NCBI GenBank assembly: GCA_016927185.1
Contig: JAFGND010000071.1
Coordinates: 1-64,000, forward strand
From: Candidatus Coatesbacteria bacterium
Lineage (GTDB): Bacteria > JAFGND01
Reading direction: 5' to 3'
DNA: 64,000 bases
Shown: piece by piece, positions 39,421-49,342 of the stretch
Layout of the letters: each line of letters starts with the position of its first letter
Position numbering within the stretch: the first letter of the stretch is position 1
Made by a program: the position numbers and the translations under genes
Notes under the pieces: generated by a model
Told to the model about the DNA's origin: nothing
Databases searched by the model: none
What the model saw: only the letters and a program-made list of their open reading frames with translations

Positions 39421-39820
39421 GAATACCTTTTCTTATTTTATAAACTACAATTCCAAATATAATCCCAACTACTATTCCTGCAATATTTGCCAGGGCATCA
39501 TCAGACTTGCAGAATCTGCCAGGGATGAAAATTTGGTGAAGTTCATCAAATGCTGCGAAAAGTGAAGTTGAAAATAAGGCCAGTAAAATTGCCTTGAAAA
39601 AATCTGTTCTAATGAATGCAGATTTTAAAGTACTCATGCCAAGAAAGATATAAGCAATAACATGTAGTGTCTTATCTTCTCCAGGTATGCCTTTCTCAGC
39701 TTCATCATAGAATTTATTCCTGGGGATAGATGTCAGCAATAGTATCAAACAAGCATAAAGTATTGGGTATTTCCAGATGGAAATGAATGACTGAGTTTTA
39801 TTCATCAAGTGCTGGTTCAA
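39410..39820 (-). CDS. VanZ-family membrane protein
   Basis: DKTLHVIAY, DELHQIFIPGRFC, DALAN. Confidence 0.88.
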   Translation of the reverse strand: MNQHLMNKTQSFISIWKYPILYACLILLLTSIPRNKFYDEAEKGIPGEDKTLHVIAYIFLGMSTLKSAFIRTDFFKAILLALFSTSLFAAFDELHQIFIPGRFCKSDDALANIAGIVVGIIFGIVVYKIRKGIHEK

Positions 39821-40760
39821 ACAATTTGAAATGAGGAAGTGCTCTTCCCCTGCTAGTAACTATAAGCTCACCCAGAAGCCCAGTAAAAATTAACTGCAAT
39901 CCGAAAACCATCAAGAAAAGCCCCAGAGCTATACTTGCATAATGTCCGATTCTTCCCTCAATAAGCCCTGTGATTGTTCTGTAAGCATTATAAATAAAAC
40001 CAATGCTTCCAATAATAAGACCTGTGATTCCAAAAACATGCAAGGGTCTTGTTCCATAACGGGTAAGGAAAATCATTGTTAGAAGATCCAGTATACCTTT
40101 TATGAATCTGCTGGTTCCATATTTTGTTTTACCAGTGTATCTTGGCAGATTCTCAACTTTTATCTCATCTATATTAAATCCCAAACCATGAGCTAACACT
40201 GGTATAAATCTATACAACTCACCATAAATGTCTAGCTTCGTATATAATTCTCTCTTGTATGCTTTGAAGGGACAATTGAAATCATGCAGTTTTAATCCCA
40301 AACCCCATGCAACCATTTTATTGAATATCCTTGATGGGAAAGCCCTTGTGAATGAACCTTTGCCTTTATATTTCCAGCCATTAACAAGATCATAACCGGA
40401 ATTGATACTTTCAATGAAAGATGGAATTTCAAAGGGATCATCCTGCAAATCTCCATCCATTGTAATGAGTACTTTACCTGAAGCTTGTGAGAAACCAAGA
40501 GTATATGCATTTGCTTTACCTAGATTTCTTCCCAGAGAGATTATCTTGATTGAAATATCCTTGACAGGTTTAAGTTTCAGTAATTCAAATAGTGTTTTAT
40601 CTTTAGAGCCATCATTAATATAAATCAGCTCAACAGGATTGGGGAATTTTTTTTTTGCATTCCTTATTTTTTCAAATAATGGAAGTATATTACCCTGTTC
40701 ATTGTAACAAGGTATCAAAATGGATATTAAATCAATGTTTCCCAGATATCGTTTATTCAT
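39798..40760 (-). CDS. GT2 glycosyltransferase (ArnC/DPM-like, two C-terminal TM helices)
   Basis: IPCYNE, NDGSKD, MDGDLQDDP, HDFNC, YGELYRFIP. Confidence 0.9.
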   Translation of the reverse strand: MNKRYLGNIDLISILIPCYNEQGNILPLFEKIRNAKKKFPNPVELIYINDGSKDKTLFELLKLKPVKDISIKIISLGRNLGKANAYTLGFSQASGKVLITMDGDLQDDPFEIPSFIESINSGYDLVNGWKYKGKGSFTRAFPSRIFNKMVAWGLGLKLHDFNCPFKAYKRELYTKLDIYGELYRFIPVLAHGLGFNIDEIKVENLPRYTGKTKYGTSRFIKGILDLLTMIFLTRYGTRPLHVFGITGLIIGSIGFIYNAYRTITGLIEGRIGHYASIALGLFLMVFGLQLIFTGLLGELIVTSRGRALPHFKLFEPALDE

Positions 40761-40870
40761 GTCGTTGATATCATATGAATAAATAATTGCGTCAAGAGAA
40801 AAGGGAACAACTGTTTATTTAGTTAATCCTGTAAAAATAGAATAACCATGAAGTCATTTTTCCTGCAAAC

Positions 40871-43468
40871 CTAGTATTTCTTGAGTTCCTGTTTCCAGAA
40901 TTCCACTCTTTGCATAAGTTCAAGCGGAGTGATTGAATTCAGATCAAGGGATTTTATCTCCTCAGCAATTATTTCAGAAGGAGGTGAAAACAAAGTAAGT
41001 TGTACAGAAACATCATTAGAACCAGTATCTATTTGACTTTTTAGCATTTTTTGCTCTTTTTCAAGCTCACTTAGAATAGTATTAGCTCTTTTTATTACGC
41101 TTTTAGGAAGCCCAGCCATTTTTGCTACATGAATACCATAGCTCCTGTCAGAATAACCTTTCCTCACTTTCCGAAGAAACAATACTTTATCCTCTGTTTC
41201 CTGGACTGCAACTGTATAATTGATTATGCCTTTTGCAGATTCTTCAAGAATAGTGAGCTCATGATAATGGGTAGCGAAAATGGTTTTTGCCTTCTTGTTC
41301 GGTGTATCATTAATATATTCAACAACTGCCCAGGCTATTGATAAACCATCATAAGTGCTTGTTCCCCTCCCTATCTCATCCAGAAGTATAAGTGATTTAT
41401 TTGTGGAGTGATTCAGAATATATGCAGTTTCATTCATTTCAACCAGGAAAGTACTTGCACCACTCAGAATATCATCGGAAGCCCCTACTCTAGTGAACAG
41501 TCTGTCTATAAGACCTATTCTGGCAGAAACAGCTGGAACAAAGCTTCCTGCTTGAGCCATCAATGCAATCAAGGCAATCTGTCTCAGATATGTGCTTTTT
41601 CCTGCCATATTAGGTCCAGTAAGGATTATTGTCTGGATTTCTGGAGGATTTATGAACAAATCATTAGGTATGAAAGATTCATAAGGCATGAGTTGTTCTA
41701 TAACAGGATGTCTGCCTTCAATTATTTCTAAACTGTTTGAATCATTTATTTCCGGACGTATATATGTGAAATCCCTTGCACATTTTGCGAATGAACAAAG
41801 CACATCAAGGCTTGCTATTATTTTCGATAAGTGCTTAAGATTATGCATGGATTTTCTGATTCTTGAATTCAGGATTTTAAAAAGCCCATTTTCTATTTCA
41901 TTTATTTTCTCATCTGCACTATAGATTTTCTCTTCATATTCCTTTATTTCAGCAGTAAAATATCTTTCTGCATTCAAGGTTGTTTGCTTTCTTATGAAAT
42001 CTTCAGGCAACTCTCCCTTAAAGGATTTTGGGATTTCAATGTAATAACCAAACACCTTGTTATATTTCACTTTCAATCTGTCTACACCTGTTCTTTTTCT
42101 CTCCCTGTTTTCTATCTGTGCAATTATCTCCTGGGCGTTCTTGGTGAGTTTCTTGTAACTATCGAGTTCTTCAGATACTCCTTCTTTTATTGTTGTACCA
42201 TCTCCAACTTGAAGGGGAGGGGATTCCTGGATAGTCTGTTCTATATCCTCGGCAATATTGCTTAAATTAACAGTTTTCAAAGCCTCATATAGTTTCGTAA
42301 TATTTTTCTCCCCAATTAGATTGAGAATTTTCTGATGAGATCTTATTGCTGTAGCAATATTAAGGATTTGCCTTGGATTTGCCTTATCCATAGCCAGTTT
42401 TCCTAGGATCCTCTCAAGGTCTGATATTTTTGATAGAATTGACTTTATCTCAGCCAGGAATAATCCATCTTCAGTAAAAAAATCTACTATATCATGTCTG
42501 GTTTTTATCTTGCTAATGCTATAAAGAGGGAAAGTAAGCCATTCTCTCAGTAATCTTGCTCCCATTGGAGTATCAGTCTTATCAAGAATTCCTGCAAGAC
42601 TTCTGCTTGAATCTCTTTCACGTTTGGAGTGAAGGATTTCTAGATGACTGAGTGTAGAACGATCTATTTTCAGATAGTCGTTTGAACTTATAACCTCTAC
42701 TGCTTCAACATGAAGTAAGGCGTCTTTCTTATTGGCAGATAAATAAGTTGTAATTGCCCCAATCACTCTGATCATGGGTTTGCTTTCTATACCCCATCCA
42801 TCCAGATTACTTAAACCAAAATAATCCAATATGGCTTTTTCAGCCTGGTGAAACATGAAATAATAATCAGGAATAAGTGTAATAGTGATTGAAGCAAAAA
42901 GTGAATTCCATGGATTTTTCCTGTCCTTCATCGAATCAGGTAGCAGAAGTTCCTTGGGAGAGATTTTTGCTATTTCATCAATTATATTATCAAGATTGTT
43001 TTCTGTTACCTTGAATACTCCCGTTGTAATGTCTATATATGCAAGAGCTACTTTGTCAGCTTCCTCTACAACAGCTCCAAGATAAGCAGCTTCTGCTGGG
43101 TTTAGAAGTGAAGAACTTGTTACAGTACCTGCAGTTACAACATCAATTACTTCTCTCTTTACAATCCCCTTTGCCTTTTTGGGATCTTCAACCTGTTCAC
43201 ATATTGCTACTTTATATCCTGCTTTTATCATTTTCGGAAGATATTCATCAAGTGCTTTATATGGGAAACCTGCAAGAGGGACATCTTCTCCTCTATCTTT
43301 TCCCCTTGTTGTAAGCACTATTTGAAGTACAACAGATGCAATTTTAGCATCTTCAAAGAACATCTCATAAAAATCACCCATTCTGAAAAAAAGAATGGAA
43401 TCGGGATATTGGTCTTTTATGCTTTTATATTGTTTTATCAAAGGGGTTAATGTATCTTTAGTATCCAT
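40871..43468 (-). CDS. mutS: DNA mismatch repair protein MutS
   Basis: FRMGDFYEMF, TGPNMAGKST, STFLVEM, DEIGRGTST, FATHYHEL, SYGIHVA. Confidence 0.98.
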   Translation of the reverse strand: MDTKDTLTPLIKQYKSIKDQYPDSILFFRMGDFYEMFFEDAKIASVVLQIVLTTRGKDRGEDVPLAGFPYKALDEYLPKMIKAGYKVAICEQVEDPKKAKGIVKREVIDVVTAGTVTSSSLLNPAEAAYLGAVVEEADKVALAYIDITTGVFKVTENNLDNIIDEIAKISPKELLLPDSMKDRKNPWNSLFASITITLIPDYYFMFHQAEKAILDYFGLSNLDGWGIESKPMIRVIGAITTYLSANKKDALLHVEAVEVISSNDYLKIDRSTLSHLEILHSKRERDSSRSLAGILDKTDTPMGARLLREWLTFPLYSISKIKTRHDIVDFFTEDGLFLAEIKSILSKISDLERILGKLAMDKANPRQILNIATAIRSHQKILNLIGEKNITKLYEALKTVNLSNIAEDIEQTIQESPPLQVGDGTTIKEGVSEELDSYKKLTKNAQEIIAQIENRERKRTGVDRLKVKYNKVFGYYIEIPKSFKGELPEDFIRKQTTLNAERYFTAEIKEYEEKIYSADEKINEIENGLFKILNSRIRKSMHNLKHLSKIIASLDVLCSFAKCARDFTYIRPEINDSNSLEIIEGRHPVIEQLMPYESFIPNDLFINPPEIQTIILTGPNMAGKSTYLRQIALIALMAQAGSFVPAVSARIGLIDRLFTRVGASDDILSGASTFLVEMNETAYILNHSTNKSLILLDEIGRGTSTYDGLSIAWAVVEYINDTPNKKAKTIFATHYHELTILEESAKGIINYTVAVQETEDKVLFLRKVRKGYSDRSYGIHVAKMAGLPKSVIKRANTILSELEKEQKMLKSQIDTGSNDVSVQLTLFSPPSEIIAEEIKSLDLNSITPLELMQRVEFWKQELKKY

Positions 43469-43550
43469 AATATTTCACTTTCAAAATTTTTTTCAAAAAA
43501 GCTTGACTTTCATCCCTATAGTTATTTTGAATAACGCAAGGAGAGTAAAT

Positions 43551-44042
43551 ATGCAATCTTGTCAATTCGATTTTGAATATATTATTAAATATTTATATAA
43601 TGAACTTTCAGAAGAAGAGCAGGAATATCTGGAAAATCATCTTTTTAACTGTGAAAAATGCAGGGAAATGCTGGAAAAAATAAGAAAATCAGACGATTTA
43701 CTCTTGGAGAATCTTAAATATGATTTTATTGCAGGTTTTTTGCAAAGAGATATTGTATCAGTAAGCAATATGGAATTTGCATTAGCAGCTTCAGACAAAG
43801 AGGTTACTGAACCTGAAATTCTCGGGACATTTTATTCTATTGATTTCAGATTCAAGTTAACCATCCTGAAACTGGTAAACGGTTTTTACAAAGCATTTCT
43901 GAAGGATCTTGATGACAAATATTTAACAGGAAAACAAGTAAGATTGACTGAAGATAATAAAGTATATCAGACAGATGAAGAAGGAAGTTTCGTTATTTCA
44001 ACAAAATTAAACTTACCTGTAAGATTTATCCTTGAAGAATAA
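43551..44042 (+). CDS. zf-HC2 (anti-sigma zinc-finger) domain protein
   Basis: YLYNELSEEE..LENHLFNCEKC (HxxxCxxC); RBS AGGAG. Confidence 0.75.
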   Translation: MQSCQFDFEYIIKYLYNELSEEEQEYLENHLFNCEKCREMLEKIRKSDDLLLENLKYDFIAGFLQRDIVSVSNMEFALAASDKEVTEPEILGTFYSIDFRFKLTILKLVNGFYKAFLKDLDDKYLTGKQVRLTEDNKVYQTDEEGSFVISTKLNLPVRFILEE

Positions 44043-44052
44043 TAAAGAGACA

Positions 44053-44889
44053 ATGAAGTGTTTTTTTTTATTTCTTTCCGTCTTTTTATTTTCCTGCAGT
44101 TTCAATAAAACTAAAAAGAATGCAAAACCTGTTCCAAAAGCAGTCATTAATAAATCCAATGGGGATAGAGTAAATGAAAACAATCTGTACTCTATACCTG
44201 ATGGATTAAGTGAAGATGCAAGAAATGGAATCAAGAGAAATATTGTATACTTGATTTTCACAGGCAAGATAAATGAAACAAGCAAGTCTTCAATCATAAA
44301 AGGTATGAAAGAAGTGAAAGCGATTTCAAAGAAGACTTTATTCTTTAAGGAGAGTGCTTATTTAAACAAACTTGCGGTAAAATGGCAAAAAGAATGCATG
44401 ATAAAAAGAGATATCGGTTTTGGCAAGCAGGTGAATTATCCCAAGATGCTAGCAAGATTGAATTATACAATGAGATATTATCCTTCATCATATGCTATTC
44501 TGATAGTAGACAGTGATTTGACAAGCTATCCAGAAGACTATAATAACTTTGTCTATGGTGTTTCAAGTTATCCCAGAATAATTATTTCCACCAGAAGGCA
44601 GGAGAAAAATGATTTGAAGCATGTTGTAATGCATGAATTTTTCCATTCACTTGGTTTGGTTGGAAGAAAATTTGACAATGATAGCGGAAATGAATACAGA
44701 AACAATCATTGTGCATATAAAGGAAGAGTCTGCCTCATGAATCAGGTTGATGTTGAAGGATGCTTAAGTGGCAGTGAACATTCAAGACTGCTTAGTCTTG
44801 AAAGAGATATTCTCTGTCCTTCTTGTCAGCAGGAATTAGAGTATATATGTAAATACTTCAAAAATTTAAAAGGCTATAATTTCTGGTAA
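44053..44889 (+). CDS. Archaemetzincin-like zinc metalloprotease lipoprotein
   Basis: Lipobox LFSC; IISTRR; HEFFHSLGL...HC...CLM...CPSC. Confidence 0.7.
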   Translation: MKCFFLFLSVFLFSCSFNKTKKNAKPVPKAVINKSNGDRVNENNLYSIPDGLSEDARNGIKRNIVYLIFTGKINETSKSSIIKGMKEVKAISKKTLFFKESAYLNKLAVKWQKECMIKRDIGFGKQVNYPKMLARLNYTMRYYPSSYAILIVDSDLTSYPEDYNNFVYGVSSYPRIIISTRRQEKNDLKHVVMHEFFHSLGLVGRKFDNDSGNEYRNNHCAYKGRVCLMNQVDVEGCLSGSEHSRLLSLERDILCPSCQQELEYICKYFKNLKGYNFW

Positions 44890-44895
44890 TATATT

Positions 44896-46008
44896 TCATA
44901 TATACCTTATGAACATTTTTGCTTTATCTATAAGGGATCTTTTTGCATGACTGAAGAATAAACAGGTGCGTTCACATTTTCTTATATCTTCCCTTGTTTT
45001 CTTTGCTTTTTCACTTGTCCATATTTCCTTTGGGGAAGCAGTTTTCAAGTTGCCTATTGGTTCAAACGCAACAGTATTAACGCATGTATGAACATCGCCG
45101 TTTGGAACAATCATGAAATTCTGGACACCTGCCTGACATTTCTGGGCAATTCGTATGGTTGGATTATGGAAATACTCCTTTATTATTTCCAAAGCTCCTG
45201 GCTCATTGAGGATCGGTGCTCCTTCTTTTTTCATAGCAATCAGTTCATCACACAATATATCAATTTTGTTTAGATCCTTGACTTGATTTTCACTGTATGT
45301 TTTGATCCATTTTTCGAAATCCACTGGAAGTGTTTCCCCTGGAGGTGGTACTGGATTCAAAATAGGGGCATAGTCAAGAGGCTGAATAATTACTCCAGTT
45401 AATCCCCAGTCTTTTATCCAGTTAACTATGGGTATTATCTCATCAATATTCTTTTCCATAATAATAGTCCTGATAACAATTTTCATGTCAGGTTTGCAAT
45501 ATTTCTTAAGATTTGCGATGCCAGCCATTGCTTTGTCAAACATGCCAGGACAACCTCTGGCATATTCATGTGTTTCTGCCTTGATGCCATCAATGCTTAT
45601 GCCTACGGAAAATAAATCAAGTTTTGATAGTTCTTTTGCTATTTCCTCTGTAATAAGACTTGCATTAGTAGTAATTCCTGACATTATCCCAAGTTTTCTT
45701 GCATGTGCCAATATATCAATAAAGTCATTTCTTAGAAATGGTTCCCCTCCAAGAAAATTCATCCTGAAGGTGCCCAGCCAGCTTCTCAATTGAGACAGAA
45801 TTCTTTGCCAGTCTTCAAGAGAAAGTATTTCGCGTTTACCATAGTATGGATGAAAACAAAAATAGCATTTGAAGTTGCATTGCCAGTTCACCAAAGCACA
45901 TACGAGAGAAGGTTTGCATGAACCTAATCCACTCATTAATACCCACTGCTGGGATAAATGAACAAAGAGATATGAACTGGCAAGTTTGATTTTATCTATT
46001 TTATTCAA
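44896..46008 (-). CDS. Radical SAM protein with SPASM/twitch domain
   Basis: CNFKCYFC, GGEP, SIDG, CQAG...PNGDVHTC...IGNL...CERTC. Confidence 0.9.
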   Translation of the reverse strand: MNKIDKIKLASSYLFVHLSQQWVLMSGLGSCKPSLVCALVNWQCNFKCYFCFHPYYGKREILSLEDWQRILSQLRSWLGTFRMNFLGGEPFLRNDFIDILAHARKLGIMSGITTNASLITEEIAKELSKLDLFSVGISIDGIKAETHEYARGCPGMFDKAMAGIANLKKYCKPDMKIVIRTIIMEKNIDEIIPIVNWIKDWGLTGVIIQPLDYAPILNPVPPPGETLPVDFEKWIKTYSENQVKDLNKIDILCDELIAMKKEGAPILNEPGALEIIKEYFHNPTIRIAQKCQAGVQNFMIVPNGDVHTCVNTVAFEPIGNLKTASPKEIWTSEKAKKTREDIRKCERTCLFFSHAKRSLIDKAKMFIRYI

Positions 46009-46300
46009 CAGAACCTCCTGATAACAAAAATGACATATAAATGTTAGTGTTTACTGTTGAGGAAAATGGTCTATTTTTGACAAGTAAAAAAAACAAAAGT
46101 AATATTACAAAGCATTTTGGGGTCTCTTGGGATTAACTGGCAAAATTCAGAATAATAAATTGTATACATTTTGTATGCATTCAATAACATGAAATCTTTA
46201 TGAAATTAGAATATTGTTCTAAATGTAAGTTTCGATTGACATATAAACACATAAATGAGATATAGTCAATATGTAAGATTTGTGTTTGAAGAGGCGGGGT

Positions 46301-47371
46301 ATGAAGTTCTATTTAATATTGATAATTTTAATATCACAAGAGCTTTATGGTGACATCAAGGTAGTATGGAAAAACTCTTTCTCTAACACATTTTCAACAT
46401 CAGCAATTGCTGTCACTTTAACAGGATTATATGTTGGTACTGGAGAGGATGGACTAGTCTGTCTGAGTGCAACTGGTGCAAAACAATGGAATTACTCAAG
46501 TGTAAAAGAGCCAATTGAAACAGCTCCTCTGGTTTTAGGTGATAATATAGTATTTGGAAGCAAAAATGGAAATCTTTATTGCATAAACCTGAAAGGAAAA
46601 CAAAAATGGGTTTTCAATGCAGTTAGTGACATAGATTCTTCACCTGCATCAGATGGGAAAGTAGTTGTCTTCGGTACAAAAAATGGAGAAATATATTGTA
46701 TTGATTTGGCTTCAGGGGATAAGAAGTGGGTTTTCATTACAAAAGGGAAGATATCAGCAGCTCCCTTGATAGTTATTGATGCAGCTTATTGTGGGAGTTC
46801 AGATAATAATATGTATAGAATAAATCTTGAAGATGGAAAACAGATATGGTCTTTTGCATCAGGAAAGCCTATTTACACGACACCATTAATATTGAACGAA
46901 TTCATTTTTTTCGGTAGTGATGATTATATTTTTTATGCCCTTGATGCCTGGAGTGGTCAACTCAAATGGAAATTCCAGGCTGATTCCTATCTGCAATCAT
47001 CACCAGTTACTGATGGCAAGCTCATTTATTTCGGAAGCTACAAGGGGAAGGTTTTTGCTCTTGAGCCTGCTACAGGTAATAAGAAATGGGAGTATCAGGG
47101 AAATGGCTGGATAAAGGGGAGTCCTGTTCTTACTAACAGTTCCCTGGTTATTGGAACTTATGGTGGTGATCTTCTTCAGATTTCACCACAAGATGGCAAG
47201 CTGATTGAAAGCTTCAAAATTGGCGAACCTCTCCAGGGTTCTCCTGTTGCTTTAGGAGATGATGTTTTTCTGATAACTGACACTGGGAATGTAATGTGTA
47301 TAAATATTCCAGGTTTATCTGCAAGCTGGCAGATGTTCAGGAAAGATGCAACAAGATCAGGAACTCTATAA
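46301..47371 (+). CDS. PQQ-like beta-propeller repeat protein
   Basis: Repeated SSP...FGS.DG..YA.D...G..KW motifs. Confidence 0.88.
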   Translation: MKFYLILIILISQELYGDIKVVWKNSFSNTFSTSAIAVTLTGLYVGTGEDGLVCLSATGAKQWNYSSVKEPIETAPLVLGDNIVFGSKNGNLYCINLKGKQKWVFNAVSDIDSSPASDGKVVVFGTKNGEIYCIDLASGDKKWVFITKGKISAAPLIVIDAAYCGSSDNNMYRINLEDGKQIWSFASGKPIYTTPLILNEFIFFGSDDYIFYALDAWSGQLKWKFQADSYLQSSPVTDGKLIYFGSYKGKVFALEPATGNKKWEYQGNGWIKGSPVLTNSSLVIGTYGGDLLQISPQDGKLIESFKIGEPLQGSPVALGDDVFLITDTGNVMCINIPGLSASWQMFRKDATRSGTL

Positions 47372-47377
47372 ATCCTT

Positions 47378-48244
47378 ATGAGATATGAATTAAAAGTTGG
47401 TTATTTTCTTGTTTTTGGCATAGTAATCCTTGTATTAAGCTATTTTATTCTTGGTAGCTTTGATCTAATAAAGAGTGGAACATCTTTCAAACTCAAATTC
47501 AATGATCTGACTGGACTTTCAAGATCAAGTGTTCTTGAGTTGAAGGGAGTGAAAGTAGGTAAAATTAGAGACATTTACCTGGACAAGGAAGGAACTGGAG
47601 TTGTAGATGTCTGGATTGAAGGAAGATACAAACTTCCCAGAGATTCACAATTTTTCATTAAAGATTTGGGAATTATGGGTGAGAAGTATATAATGGTTTA
47701 TCCAGGAAAAGATACTTTATTTATAAAAAAAGGTGATGTTATAAACGGAGAACTTACTCCAAGTTTTCAAGATATTTCGAAAAAAGCGAATGCAATAGGG
47801 GATACTGCACAAGTGATTATTAACAGAATAAAGGATTCTATAGATCCAGAAACTATTTCCAGCCTCAGAACTTCTATGGTTAGCTTACAAAAAATGGTTG
47901 AAAATCTTAATGATCTTGTCGGAAAAAATCAGAAGAGGATAGACAATACATTTGTAAATATTCAGAAAAGCTCACAAAATATACAGAGACTTTCAAATCA
48001 AAATCCAGAGCAAATAGCACATACTTTGAGTGAATTGAATAAAGCTTCAAGAAATCTTTCCTATCTTTCAAGCGATTTAAGAGTAACTGTAAAGCAGATT
48101 AATCTGCTTCTTCTCAAGATAGACAGTAGGGAAGGGACTATTGGCAAACTTATAAATGATCCAAGTTTATATAACAATCTTAATAGTTTGTTGATTGACA
48201 TGAAGCAGAATCCCAAACGTTATATTAATGTTAGAGTTTTCTAA
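47378..48244 (+). CDS. MCE/MlaD family protein
   Basis: ELKVG plus TM helix, GL...S....GVKVG, GIMGEKYI, GTIGKLINDPSLY...DMKQNPKRY. Confidence 0.88.
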   Translation: MRYELKVGYFLVFGIVILVLSYFILGSFDLIKSGTSFKLKFNDLTGLSRSSVLELKGVKVGKIRDIYLDKEGTGVVDVWIEGRYKLPRDSQFFIKDLGIMGEKYIMVYPGKDTLFIKKGDVINGELTPSFQDISKKANAIGDTAQVIINRIKDSIDPETISSLRTSMVSLQKMVENLNDLVGKNQKRIDNTFVNIQKSSQNIQRLSNQNPEQIAHTLSELNKASRNLSYLSSDLRVTVKQINLLLLKIDSREGTIGKLINDPSLYNNLNSLLIDMKQNPKRYINVRVF

Positions 48245-48253
48245 GGAGAACGA

Positions 48254-49342
48254 ATGAATAAATCTAATACCCATATTGTAATTATCGCGGGTGGAAAAGG
48301 GCAGAGATTTTGGCCGTTATCAAGACAAAGGAATCCCAAGCAATTGCTTCCTTTAGGAGGAAAAAATACTCTCTTGGAGCAGACAATAGAAAGAGTCTGG
48401 GATTGGGTGAAGGAGGAGAATATATGGATTATCGCAAATAATACGATAATCAGAAGAATAAAGGAAATATTAGGAGAAACAAGGATTAATATTCTATCTG
48501 AAACCATTGGCAGAGATACAGCTGCAGCAATTGGTTTTGCTTCATGCTACATAAAAAAGAGAAATCCAGATGCAGTTATTGCTGTGTTGCCTTCGGATCA
48601 TTATATAAATGACAGAATAAAATACCTGAAAACACTTGAGAAAGCAGTAGAACAAAGTGAAAAAGGTAAACTTACGATGATTGGTTTCAAACCGACATTT
48701 GCTGCAACTCAATATGGTTATTTGAAACGTGGTGAAGCAATTTCAGAGAATATCTACAAGCTGAAGCAGTTTTGTGAGAAACCAACTGCTGTTGTAGCAA
48801 GACAATTTCTTGAAACAGGTGAATATTACTGGAATAGCGGGATTTTCATATGGTCAGTAGATCTGATAATGAGATTATACAAGGACTTATTGCCTGATTT
48901 ATACAATCATCTTGCTGAGTTTGAAACTACTATAGGAACAAAAGATGAACAGAATGCTATTGATAAATTATATAACAGCAAATTCAAGAATCAGAGCGTG
49001 GATTTCGGAATTATGGAACCAGCTATTCTTGGAGATCCTGAACTTTCTTATCTTATTGAGGCTGATTTTAGCTGGAATGATGTAGGAAACTGGACAGCTC
49101 TGGAATGCCTTATCAAACCAGATTTTTCTGGCAATATCATTCATGGCAAGTTTATAGGAATAAACTCAAGAGAAAACATAGTATGGGGAAACTATGGTAA
49201 ATTGATAGCGGGATTAGGACTTGAAAATATAGTAATAATTGATACAGAAGATGCATTACTTGTAGCGAATAAAAATGAACTGGAACAAATCAAGAATTTG
49301 CATAAGAAAATTGATGAAGAGGGTTGGACTGATTATCTATAA
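48254..49342 (+). CDS. manC: Mannose-1-phosphate guanylyltransferase
   Basis: AGGKGQRFWPLSR..PKQ, LPSDH, YGY, FCEKP, WNSGIF, WNDVG. Confidence 0.93.
   Translation: MNKSNTHIVIIAGGKGQRFWPLSRQRNPKQLLPLGGKNTLLEQTIERVWDWVKEENIWIIANNTIIRRIKEILGETRINILSETIGRDTAAAIGFASCYIKKRNPDAVIAVLPSDHYINDRIKYLKTLEKAVEQSEKGKLTMIGFKPTFAATQYGYLKRGEAISENIYKLKQFCEKPTAVVARQFLETGEYYWNSGIFIWSVDLIMRLYKDLLPDLYNHLAEFETTIGTKDEQNAIDKLYNSKFKNQSVDFGIMEPAILGDPELSYLIEADFSWNDVGNWTALECLIKPDFSGNIIHGKFIGINSRENIVWGNYGKLIAGLGLENIVIIDTEDALLVANKNELEQIKNLHKKIDEEGWTDYL

Noticed and set aside
18678..40835. AATCCTGTAAA present in two intergenic regions (about 18678 and 40825)
   Set aside because: Only 11 AT-rich bases and two copies, which is compatible with chance.
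43395..43550. N-terminal extension of the zf-HC2 ORF overlapping mutS
   Set aside because: The RBS and domain start support ATG 43551.
46301..47371. Calling the propeller protein BamB
   Set aside because: No lipobox cysteine and no bam gene context; left as a generic PQQ-like repeat protein.
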